Origin: Acidobacteriota bacterium
GTDB lineage: Bacteria; Acidobacteriota; Thermoanaerobaculia; UBA5066; Gp7-AA6
Assembly: GCA_039933215.1 (NCBI GenBank)
Contig: JBDTOO010000015.1
Span: 4,501-68,500, forward strand
DNA: 64,000 bases
Reading direction: 5' to 3'
Shown: positions 53,154 to 61,196 of the stretch, one piece after another
Position numbering within the stretch: position 1 is the first letter of the stretch
Layout: every line of letters starts with the position of its first letter
Program-made: the position numbers and the translations under genes
Notes under the pieces: model-generated
The model's input: the letters and a program-made list of their open reading frames with translations, nothing else
What the model was told of the DNA's origin: nothing
Databases searched by the model: none

Positions 53154-54179
53154 TCAGGCTTCGGTGCTCTCCGCGGTGCGGTCGCGCAGGTCGCGGATCG
53201 CGTCGCGGAGGGCCGCCGCGGTGCGAGAGGGCCTCGTGCTTTCCTGCGGGAGCCGCGCGGCGTAGTCGGCGACGCGATCCGCCGCCTCGCGGCGCCTCTC
53301 TTCGGAGACGGTCTCCTCGACCTGGCGCACGGAGGCGGGATAGTCCTCGATCCGGCTGCACACGAGAAGGAGGTCGCACCCGGCGCGCAGCGCCTCGGCC
53401 GCGCGGTCGGGCACCTCGCCGAATGCGCTCAGAGCGCCCATCTCGAGGTCGTCCGAGAACGCCGCTCCCCGGAACCCGAGGGAGCCGCGAAGAAGAGCCG
53501 TCGCGCGCGCCGGCGAGAGCGTGGACGGGAGGCCGTCCGGACCGGCCGCGTGCGAGATCATGACGGCCCGCGCGAGATCCATGGTGGCGGCGAACGGCGC
53601 CAGGTCCCGGCTCTCCTCGTCGGGATCGTCCGGAAGAAACGGAAGCGCCTGGTGCGTGTCGAGATCGGCGCGACCGAGCCCCGGAAAGTGCTTCACGCAT
53701 CCGCCGGTCCCGCTGGCGTGGAGTCCGTCGAGGAATGCGGAGGCGGCGGCAATGATCCCTTCCGGATCGCCCGCCGCGCATCGCCCGGCGAGGACGCGCT
53801 CGGAGGCGCCCGGCAGCATGCGGTCCACGACGGGCGCCAGATCCACCTGGACGCCGAGCAGCCGGCAGGCTTCTCCCGCGATCTCCCCCGCTTCGCGGGA
53901 GAGACCGGAGCGCGCCGCGTCGCGAAACGCCGCGGAGGCTCCCAGGATCTCGCGGAAGCGGTCGACAGGACCCCCCTCCATGTCGACGCACACGAAGGGT
54001 CGGCCCGGAAGGTCGCGCAGCTCGCGCGTCAGAGCCTGAACGCCCTCGATCGATTCGACGTTGCGGCGGAAGAGCACGATCGCCCCGGGCGGATCCCGCT
54101 CGAGGACCCGGCGTTCCTCCTCGGTCAGCGCCGGGCCGGAGATCCCGACGCCGAAGAGCCCGGCGGCGGGCGCCGTCAA
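53154..54179 (-). CDS. nagZ: Beta-N-acetylhexosaminidase NagZ (GH3)
   Basis: The C-terminal 341 aa of ORF 53154..55916 contain the GH3/NagZ signature KHFPGLG(R) and the AIVLFRRN N-terminal block. Proposed TTG start overlaps the mutS stop (cTTGA). The rest of that ORF is mutS in another frame. Confidence 0.75.
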   Translation of the reverse strand: MTAPAAGLFGVGISGPALTEEERRVLERDPPGAIVLFRRNVESIEGVQALTRELRDLPGRPFVCVDMEGGPVDRFREILGASAAFRDAARSGLSREAGEIAGEACRLLGVQVDLAPVVDRMLPGASERVLAGRCAAGDPEGIIAAASAFLDGLHASGTGGCVKHFPGLGRADLDTHQALPFLPDDPDEESRDLAPFAATMDLARAVMISHAAGPDGLPSTLSPARATALLRGSLGFRGAAFSDDLEMGALSAFGEVPDRAAEALRAGCDLLLVCSRIEDYPASVRQVEETVSEERRREAADRVADYAARLPQESTRPSRTAAALRDAIRDLRDRTAESTEA

Positions 54180-56680
54180 GAAGGTGCCTTCAGCCTCTCC
54201 TGCAGGGACGAGAGCAGGGACAGCGCCGCGATCGGCGTCAGCCGGTCGCAGTCGACTTCCCGCAGCTTCTCGAGAACGAGCCCTTCGTCCGACGAGAAGA
54301 GGAGGATCTGCCCGTCCCCGGCGCTCGCGCCGGCGTGCCGGGCGAGGACCGGCGCCCCCTGCACGTCGAGCTCCTGCTTTTCCAGGTTCGACAGGACCTC
54401 TCGCGCGCGGGCGATCACCTCGGGAGGAAGCCCGGCGAGCTCGGCGACCTGGATCCCGTAGCTCCGGTCGGCCGTGCCGGGCACGACCTTGCGGAGAAAG
54501 ACGACCTTTCCGTTGATCTCCTTGACCGCCATCGTCGCGTTGGCGATGCCCGTGCGGACGAGCGATATCTCGGTGAGCTCGTGGTAGTGGGTCGCGAACA
54601 GCACGAAGGCCGCGCGGTCCGCCGCGTCGTGGAGGTGCTCGACGATCGCCCACGCGATCGACAGGCCGTCGAAGGTCGACGTTCCGCGCCCGACCTCGTC
54701 CAGAATGATGAGGCTGCGTCCGGTCGCGCCGCGCAGGATCGCCGCGGCCTCGAGCATCTCGACCATGAAGGTGGACTCCCCCCGCGAGAGATGATCGGCT
54801 GCGCCCACGCGGGTGAAGATGCGGTCGAATATCGAGAGCTCGGCCTTCGTCGCGGGAACGAAGGAGCCCGCCTGCGCGAGGAGCACCGCCGTCGCGACCT
54901 GACGCAGGTACGTCGACTTGCCGCCCATGTTGGGGCCCGTGACGACGAGGATGCGCTTCTCGGGAGAAAGATCGCAGTCGTTCGGGATGAAGGGCTCCTG
55001 CCGGCGCACGGCCTCGACGATGGGGTGCCGGGAATCCGTCAGGCAGAGCCGGGGCCGCGCGGAGAGCTTCGGCCGCACCCACCGCCCGGACTCCGCCGTT
55101 TCGGCGAAGCTCGCCAGAACATCGAGTCCCGCGGCCGCCGTGGCCGCGGCGGCGACGCGCCCGGCCGCCTTCGCGAGCTCGGTCAGCAGAGCGTCGTAGA
55201 GGCGGTCCTCGATCGCTCCGATCTTTTCTTCCGCGCCGAGAATCTTCTCTTCGAGCTCCTTCAACGCGGGCGTGACGAACCGCTCCGCGTTCGCGAGCGA
55301 CTGGCGCCGGATCCAGTCGGCCGGAACACGGTCGCGATGCGCGCTGCCAACCTCGAGCGAATAGCCGAAGACGCGGTTGTAGCGCACGCGGAGGTTGGCG
55401 ATCCCGGATCGCCTGCGCTCCTCCGCCTCGACGGCCATCAGGGCGCCCTGGGCATCCTGACGAAGCGATCGAAGCGCGTCGAGCTCCGCGTCGGCGCCCT
55501 CCCGGATGGAGCCGCCCGCCGAGGCGAGGATCGGAGGTTCGGGCGCGAGGGTCGTCTCGACGCGCCGGACGACGTCGTCGACGGCGGGGATTCCGTCGAG
55601 AAGCGATCGCAGGCGGCGCGAAGCGAGGTGCTCCCCCGCGGCGGCGACGCCGGGCAGGGCCTCGAGCCCCTCCGCCCAGGCGGCGACCTCGCGGGGGCCG
55701 GACACGCCCGCCGCGATGCGCGCGAAGCGGCGCTCGATGTCGCCGACGTCGTCGAGCGCGGCCTGGAGCGCCTCGCGCGCCGCGGGTGTCCGGACGAGCT
55801 CTTCGACGGCGTCCCAGCGCGCCTCGATCTCGACGGGATCGGTGGATGGCCGCGCCAGCGTGTCCCGCAAGGCGCGCGCGCCGAGCGGTGTGCGGGTGCG
55901 ATCGAGCAGCGCGCACAGGCTCGACCCCGTCGTGCCGTCGGACGACTCGAAGAGCTCGAGCGTCGCGATCGCGGCCGCGTCGATGCCCATGCGCTCGCCG
56001 AATCGCAGCGGCTCGGCCTCCGCGAGGTGCGCCGCGCCGCCCGGCCTCAGTTCAGCGGCGTACGCCCGGGCCGCCGCGGCCGCTCCGACGCCTCCGGAGC
56101 GTCGGCTCTCCGCGAACCACTCGGCCGAGCGGCGGGTTTCCGCGGCGCCCGGAGGGACGGGCGCCGAAGCGCCGTCCGGCAGGAGGAGCTCGCGCGGCCG
56201 GAAGAGAGCCATGGCGTCGGCGAGACGATGCCGGGGGACGCTTCCGGAGAAGAACCGCCCGGTGGAGAGGTCGAGGAACGCCGCGTCCCAGTCCCCGTCC
56301 CCGGGCACCAGCGCGGCGAGGTACGACGGCGCGCCCGGGACGAGGGACTCGGCGTCGAGCACCGTTCCAGGCGTGACGATCCGGGTTATGTCGCGCCGCA
56401 CGAGCCCCCTGGCGGCGCGGGCGTCCTCCATCTGGTCGCAGATCGCCACCTTGCGGCCCGAAGCGACGAGCTTCGCGATGTGATGGTCGACGCTGTGGTA
56501 CGGCACGCCGCACATCGGGGCCTCGATGTCGGAATCCTTGTTGCGGGCCGTCAGGGCGATCCCGAGGATCGGCGCCGCTTCCCGGGCGTCCTCGAAGAAC
56601 ATCTCGTAGAAGTCGCCCATCCGATAGAGCAGGATGGCGTCCGGCGCCCGGCTCTTCATCTCGAAGTACTGCCGGAGCAT
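54176..56680 (-). CDS. mutS: DNA mismatch repair protein MutS
   Basis: ATG verified at 56678-56680 (MLRQYFEMKSRAPDAILLYRMGDFYEMFFEDA, the canonical MutS N-terminus). Walker A GPNMGGKST. The ORF-track extension to 57514 overlaps tsaB and is rejected. Confidence 0.9.
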   Translation of the reverse strand: MLRQYFEMKSRAPDAILLYRMGDFYEMFFEDAREAAPILGIALTARNKDSDIEAPMCGVPYHSVDHHIAKLVASGRKVAICDQMEDARAARGLVRRDITRIVTPGTVLDAESLVPGAPSYLAALVPGDGDWDAAFLDLSTGRFFSGSVPRHRLADAMALFRPRELLLPDGASAPVPPGAAETRRSAEWFAESRRSGGVGAAAAARAYAAELRPGGAAHLAEAEPLRFGERMGIDAAAIATLELFESSDGTTGSSLCALLDRTRTPLGARALRDTLARPSTDPVEIEARWDAVEELVRTPAAREALQAALDDVGDIERRFARIAAGVSGPREVAAWAEGLEALPGVAAAGEHLASRRLRSLLDGIPAVDDVVRRVETTLAPEPPILASAGGSIREGADAELDALRSLRQDAQGALMAVEAEERRRSGIANLRVRYNRVFGYSLEVGSAHRDRVPADWIRRQSLANAERFVTPALKELEEKILGAEEKIGAIEDRLYDALLTELAKAAGRVAAAATAAAGLDVLASFAETAESGRWVRPKLSARPRLCLTDSRHPIVEAVRRQEPFIPNDCDLSPEKRILVVTGPNMGGKSTYLRQVATAVLLAQAGSFVPATKAELSIFDRIFTRVGAADHLSRGESTFMVEMLEAAAILRGATGRSLIILDEVGRGTSTFDGLSIAWAIVEHLHDAADRAAFVLFATHYHELTEISLVRTGIANATMAVKEINGKVVFLRKVVPGTADRSYGIQVAELAGLPPEVIARAREVLSNLEKQELDVQGAPVLARHAGASAGDGQILLFSSDEGLVLEKLREVDCDRLTPIAALSLLSSLQERLKAPS

Positions 56681-56806
56681 CGGTGTGGCGCGGGCGCCCG
56701 CGACGCTCACGGCCGCCCTCGGAGCGGATCGTGCGCGTCGCGTCGACCCTGTTTGCCGGGGATGTCCATGGATCCGGGTTAGCATACCGTCGGAACGGTC
56801 AAGCCA

Positions 56807-57454
56807 TTGAGGACGACGACTCCCATCCTCGCGATCGACACGGCGAGCCCGTCTCCGGCCGTCACGCTCGCCGTCGGCGGGCGCGAATACGACGAGGCCC
56901 TCCCCGGGGACCGGCAGGCCTCCGAGCGGCTCCTCGGCGCGATCGAGGAGTGCTCGAGACGGGCGGCCGCGCCGCTTTCTTCCTTCGGCCTGATCGCGGT
57001 GTGCTCCGGTCCCGGATCCTTCACGGGCGTCCGGGTCGGGCTCGCCACCGCGTGGGGACTCGGCCGCGCCCTGGGCGTCCGCGTCGAAGCCGTCTCCACT
57101 CTCGACGCGATCGCGGAGGCGGCCCGCGCGGACGGACTCGATCGCGTGGCGGCGGCGCTCGACGCCGGCCGCGGGGAGATCGTGTGGCAGGCCTTCGATC
57201 TCGGCGGACCTCGCGCCCGGCCGTTCGGCGCCTCGCGGCGCGAGACCCCGGAACGCGCGCGGGACGAGGCCGGAGACCTGCCGTTCGCGAGCCGGCCCGC
57301 GGGGCTCGTCCCCGGTCCGGCGATCGACCTGCCGCCGCTGCTCTCCCCTTCTCTCGCCCGCGCCGCCGCCCGCGCTCCGTCGCTGTCCGAAGGAGCTCTC
57401 GCCGCGATCTACTCGCGCCCGAGCGCCGCCGAGGAGAAGCGTGGCGCTCCGTGA
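56807..57454 (+). CDS. tsaB: tRNA threonylcarbamoyladenosine biosynthesis protein TsaB
   Basis: 215 aa (ILAIDTASPSPAVTLAVGG...GPGSFTGVRVGLATAWGL). Confidence 0.8.
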   Translation: MRTTTPILAIDTASPSPAVTLAVGGREYDEALPGDRQASERLLGAIEECSRRAAAPLSSFGLIAVCSGPGSFTGVRVGLATAWGLGRALGVRVEAVSTLDAIAEAARADGLDRVAAALDAGRGEIVWQAFDLGGPRARPFGASRRETPERARDEAGDLPFASRPAGLVPGPAIDLPPLLSPSLARAAARAPSLSEGALAAIYSRPSAAEEKRGAP

Positions 57455-57941
57455 GCCCCGCGCGCGGCCGTACGAGGTCGCGGCGGCCCGCCCCGCGGAT
57501 CTGGATGAGATCACGCGGATCGAAAGGGAATCCTTCCTGGTCCCCTGGAAGAGGGAGTTCTTCGCGACCGAGCTCGCGGAGCCGTACCGGTACGCGCGGG
57601 TCCTGGCTGGCGGCGGCGCCGCGGAGCCGCGAATCGGCGGCTACCTCTTCGCCGTGTCGCTGTACGAGGAGTTCCACATCAACAAGATCGCGACGGACGT
57701 CCGCCTGCGCCAGCAGGGCTACGGACGGCTGCTGCTCGAGGATGCCCTCTCGCGCGCGAAAGGCGTCGGAGCCGCGGCGATCACGCTCGAGGTGCGCGTT
57801 TCGAATCTGCCGGCGCGCGAGTTCTATCGTTGCTACGGGTTCCGGGAGGCCTACCGGCGAAAGGGCTATTACCAGGATGGCGAAGACGCCTTCGCGATGG
57901 TCCTCGCCTTCGACGAAAAGCGCTCCCCCGGCTCGACTTAG
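57441..57941 (+). CDS. rimI: Ribosomal-protein-alanine N-acetyltransferase RimI (GNAT)
   Basis: 166 aa. GNAT motif A (RQQGYGRLLLEDAL). Classic tsaB–rimI pairing with 14-nt overlap. Confidence 0.8.
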   Translation: MALREPRARPYEVAAARPADLDEITRIERESFLVPWKREFFATELAEPYRYARVLAGGGAAEPRIGGYLFAVSLYEEFHINKIATDVRLRQQGYGRLLLEDALSRAKGVGAAAITLEVRVSNLPAREFYRCYGFREAYRRKGYYQDGEDAFAMVLAFDEKRSPGST

Positions 57942-58056
57942 CGGTCTCGCGGGAATCGCGTCCGAAGAACCTTGAATGCCCGGCGCCCGGTGGTTACACT
58001 CGGGTCGTGGCCTTCCTTTTTCCTCCCCCGTTTACAAAAAAAGGAGGTTCGAGACG

Positions 58057-58281
58057 ATGGGAACCCAGACTCCGGATTCTCTGACGGAAGTCGACGCCGA
58101 ATACCGCCGCCTCCAGGACGCCCATCAGGATCACGAGCACCGCCTGCAGACCTACGCCGGGAAACCTCAGCTTTCCGAAGACGAAGAGATCGAAGAGAAG
58201 CGCCTGAAGAAAGAGAAGCTCGCCATCAAGGACCGCATGGAGGCGATCGCGCGCAATTACCGGGAAGGGGTCACGCACTGA
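58057..58281 (+). CDS. DUF465 (YdcH-like) small protein
   Basis: ATG at 58057 with AAGGAGG 9 nt upstream. 74 aa with a conserved HEHRL...LS..EE.E..RLKKEKL.IKD block. The first 27 aa of ORF 57976..58281 are rejected. Confidence 0.6.
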   Translation: MGTQTPDSLTEVDAEYRRLQDAHQDHEHRLQTYAGKPQLSEDEEIEEKRLKKEKLAIKDRMEAIARNYREGVTH

Positions 58282-58931
58282 AGTTTCCCCTTGCGAGCGA
58301 AGGCTGGAAGTTCATTCTTCCCGCGCTCGCCCTGACGGTCGCAGCCGCCGCCACCGGGCACCCGATCTGGGCGGCAGGGTTGGCGGCTCCGACCGTTTTC
58401 CTCATCTCATTCTTCCGGGATCCCGAACGCCGCCCGGCGGGGGGTCCGGAGACGATTGTCTCGCCGGCGGACGGAACGGTGCTCTCGATCGGTCCCGCTT
58501 CCGAGGCGCCGCCCGGGGCGTCCCGCCGGATCTCAATCTTCATGTCCGTCTTCAACTGTCACGTCAACCGAGCCCCCGTGACCGGCGTCCTGTCCGACTA
58601 CGCCTACAACCCGGGTCGGAAGATGGCGGCGTTCGCCGAGAAGGCGTCCCTGGAGAACGAGCAAAACCTGGTGACCATGTCGTCGGGAACCGGCCGCGTC
58701 GCGTTCAAGCAGATCGCGGGGGCGCTCGCACGCCGGATCATCTTCTATCCGAAGCCCGGCGAATCGCTCGAGCGAGGCCAGCGCGTCGGCATCATCCTTT
58801 TCGGCTCGCGGGTCGATCTCTTCCTTCCGGACGACGCCGAGGTGCTCGTCGTGAAGGGGCAGAAGGTCAAGGCGGCGCTGACGGGTATCGCCCGATGGAA
58901 GAGCTCGCCGCCTCCCCCGGCCCGGGGATGA
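58278..58931 (+). CDS. psd: Phosphatidylserine decarboxylase proenzyme (short archaeal/bacterial type), apparent CTG start
   Basis: Frame of ORF 57972..58931. The conserved N-terminus (L)KFPLASEGWKFILPAL begins at a CTG overlapping the DUF465 stop (CTGA), with GGGAAGGGG 8 nt upstream. The upstream ATG at 57972 would overlap rimI and the entire DUF465 gene. FGSR (GS[TR]) self-cleavage region FGSRVDLFLP near the C-terminus. Confidence 0.75.
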   Translation: MKFPLASEGWKFILPALALTVAAAATGHPIWAAGLAAPTVFLISFFRDPERRPAGGPETIVSPADGTVLSIGPASEAPPGASRRISIFMSVFNCHVNRAPVTGVLSDYAYNPGRKMAAFAEKASLENEQNLVTMSSGTGRVAFKQIAGALARRIIFYPKPGESLERGQRVGIILFGSRVDLFLPDDAEVLVVKGQKVKAALTGIARWKSSPPPPARG

Positions 58932-58946
58932 GCCCGCGGTGAGCCC

Positions 58947-59729
58947 ATGAGCGAGTCGACGCCGGCGGCGCCCGGCCTTCCGGGCGGCCGGGTCCGCGTC
59001 CGGAGGCTCTCGCGCGAGAAGCTCTCGCGAGGCCTCTTTCTCCTTCCGACGCTCTTCACGGTCGGCAACCTCTTCTGCGGCTATCTCTCGCTGTGGTGCT
59101 CGATCAACGGCACGTTCGAGCGGGCCGCCCTCCTGATCATCGGGGCCGCCGTGCTCGACATGCTGGACGGGCGCGTCGCGCGCCTCACCAACACGGCTTC
59201 GGAGTTCGGCGAGGAGTACGACTCCCTGGCCGACCTGGTCTCCTTCGGAGTCGCCCCGGCGATCCTCGTCTATTCCTGGGGGCTCTCCGACTTCCACCGG
59301 CTCGGCCTCGCCGTCTCGTTTTTCTTCGTCGTCTGCGGCTCCATGCGGCTCGCGCGCTTCAACATCCAGACCCACATCGCCGACAAGAAGTACTTCGTGG
59401 GGCTCCCGATCCCGTCCGCGGCCGGGACGATCTGCGCGCTCGTACTCGCGACCCCGGACCCGCTCGTCGACCGCGTCTGGATGACGGGCGTGCTGGTCGT
59501 GACCTTCATCCTCTCGTACCTCATGATCTCGACGATCAAGTACCGGTCCTTCAAGGACCTCGACCTGCGCCGCCGCCGTCCCGCCTGGATCCTGCCCGCG
59601 ATCGCGCTCTTCTTCATGGCCATCGCGTACCGGCCGATCCTCGCGCTTCTCGTCCTGGCGGTCGTGTTCGCGTCGTCCGGCCCCGTCGCCAAGATCTACG
59701 GCTTCGTGCGGCGCCGCAAGAAGGCCTGA
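58947..59729 (+). CDS. pssA: CDP-diacylglycerol--serine O-phosphatidyltransferase
   Basis: 260 aa. CDP-alcohol phosphatidyltransferase motif D(x2)DG(x2)AR...G(x3)D(x3)D (DMLDGRVARLTNTASEFGEEYDSLAD). Confidence 0.85.
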   Translation: MSESTPAAPGLPGGRVRVRRLSREKLSRGLFLLPTLFTVGNLFCGYLSLWCSINGTFERAALLIIGAAVLDMLDGRVARLTNTASEFGEEYDSLADLVSFGVAPAILVYSWGLSDFHRLGLAVSFFFVVCGSMRLARFNIQTHIADKKYFVGLPIPSAAGTICALVLATPDPLVDRVWMTGVLVVTFILSYLMISTIKYRSFKDLDLRRRRPAWILPAIALFFMAIAYRPILALLVLAVVFASSGPVAKIYGFVRRRKKA

Positions 59730-59741
59730 CCTCTCTCCCCC

Positions 59742-61196
59742 TCAGCGCGGTGGCGGCGTCGTGGCCGGTCCGTCGCCTTCCCGGACCACTTCGGCTCCCG
59801 CGGACGAGAGCACGTGCACGCGATGGGCGCAGCAGTCCTTCGGGGGGGCGCGGCGTACGAGGATTCGCGCGGGCGCGATCTTCTCCCCCGGGCTGACGAG
59901 CGTCTCGAAGAACCGGATCCGGGTCGCGCGCCCGAGGGTCACGGCTCCGCCCTCGGGGCCGAACACTTCGAACCGGTCGAATCCCCCGGCCTTCACGTCG
60001 CTGATGGCTCCGGTCGGGATCTCGACCTCCACCCAGTTGGACGTGCGCGACACGAGTGAGGCGTGGGCGGTGGGGTTCTCCGCGGTCACCGCGACGGCGC
60101 CTTTCGACGGCTCGACCGTGAGCCGCAGGTCGGTGTTCAAGGAGCGCCCCAGGAGGATGTCGTCCAGGGCGGAAAGGGTGAAGATGCGCTCGCTCTCGCT
60201 CCGCCCCTGGAGGATGACGACGCGGCCCTTGACGAACCGCTTGCCGGCGAGGTCAGCGCCGAAGTGGTAGACCATGTCGGAGAGGGACGGCTGCCGGAAG
60301 CGGACCCGATCGTTCGCGCGAAAGGCCAGGTTGCCGACGGAGAGCGCCTGGTGCGGCGTCAGGAGAAAGCCGGAGGCCGACTCATCCCGCAACGACAGGT
60401 CGTGCGAGAACTCGACCCTCGGGTCGTCCGTCAGGCTCGCGAGGACGCTCTCTCCCACGACGCGCTCCTCTCCTTTCGCGGAAGTCCAGCGCCCGCGGGC
60501 GCCCGGGGCATACGCCGCGAGCCAGGGCCGATCGAGGCGGTCCGTCGCCGTGGGATCCGCCACGGACCCCTCGCCGAAAATGAGAGCAACGGTGCCGTCC
60601 GCGGGGGCGATCGCCTTCTGGACCGCCTCTCGTTCGGTCTCCGACGGAGCGAAGCGGAGGGTGGTCGTCAGAAGGACGTCCGGAGGGATCTTCCCGCGGA
60701 CGTTCCGCACGAGGGCGCCCCACGCTTCCGCGTTCGCCGCCGCGAACGGGATGTCGAGATGGACGCCCCGAACCTTCCCGTAGCGCGCGGCGTCGCGCAG
60801 AGCGGCCTTCGCGGCGAGCGCGGCGGCGTCGGCGGTGGCCACGGCCCCCGCCGGGTCCGCGAGCGCCGCCCGCGCCGGCTCCCCGGCCGAGATGACGAGC
60901 GTCACGGGGATCCGGTCGAAGGGGTGAGCGGGAGGCTCGGAAGGAGCCGTCGACCAGCGGTCCCCCTCGCGCGTGAGGGCCGCCGCGGGCAGGAACACCG
61001 AAGCGAATCCGCCGCGTGCGAGCGACGCCTCGACTTCGCCCGCGCCGTCCGCGGAACCGTCCTCGAACCACACGACGTCGCCGGCGGCGAGGCGGGACGG
61101 CCCCGCCGTTTTCGAGCCCTGGCACCGGCCCGCGCCGGCCGCCGCGCCGAGTGCCGCGAGGAGAAGGAGGGCGCGCCGCGCCGGTCCCGGCTTCAA
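59742..61196 (-). CDS. Secreted hypothetical protein (484 aa)
   Basis: Signal peptide [23 protein letters not shown]. No recognisable catalytic motifs. 4-nt overlap with the upstream histidine-kinase gene. Confidence 0.55.
   Translation of the reverse strand: MKPGPARRALLLLAALGAAAGAGRCQGSKTAGPSRLAAGDVVWFEDGSADGAGEVEASLARGGFASVFLPAAALTREGDRWSTAPSEPPAHPFDRIPVTLVISAGEPARAALADPAGAVATADAAALAAKAALRDAARYGKVRGVHLDIPFAAANAEAWGALVRNVRGKIPPDVLLTTTLRFAPSETEREAVQKAIAPADGTVALIFGEGSVADPTATDRLDRPWLAAYAPGARGRWTSAKGEERVVGESVLASLTDDPRVEFSHDLSLRDESASGFLLTPHQALSVGNLAFRANDRVRFRQPSLSDMVYHFGADLAGKRFVKGRVVILQGRSESERIFTLSALDDILLGRSLNTDLRLTVEPSKGAVAVTAENPTAHASLVSRTSNWVEVEIPTGAISDVKAGGFDRFEVFGPEGGAVTLGRATRIRFFETLVSPGEKIAPARILVRRAPPKDCCAHRVHVLSSAGAEVVREGDGPATTPPPR

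Noticed and set aside
53095-54185. Apparent 1-nt frame inconsistencies between printed sequence and ORF-track coordinates (extra g at 53100/53101; ±1 shifts near 53155 and 54176)
   Set aside because: Treated as a formatting/numbering artefact rather than a biological frameshift. ssb, nagZ and mutS translations in the ORF track are full-length and conserved. Coordinates in this region are given in ORF-track numbering and may be off by 1 nt.
53154-55916. 920-aa ORF fusing NagZ to a long Arg-rich N-terminal region
   Set aside because: The region 54180..55916 is mutS in another frame. NagZ homology begins only at ~54180.
57972-58281. ATG at 57972 as the psd start, and ATG at 57976 as the DUF465 start
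   Set aside because: Both would overlap the rimI 3' end. The psd frame would additionally run across the entire DUF465 gene. The conserved N-termini and RBS positions support 58057 (DUF465) and 58278 (psd).
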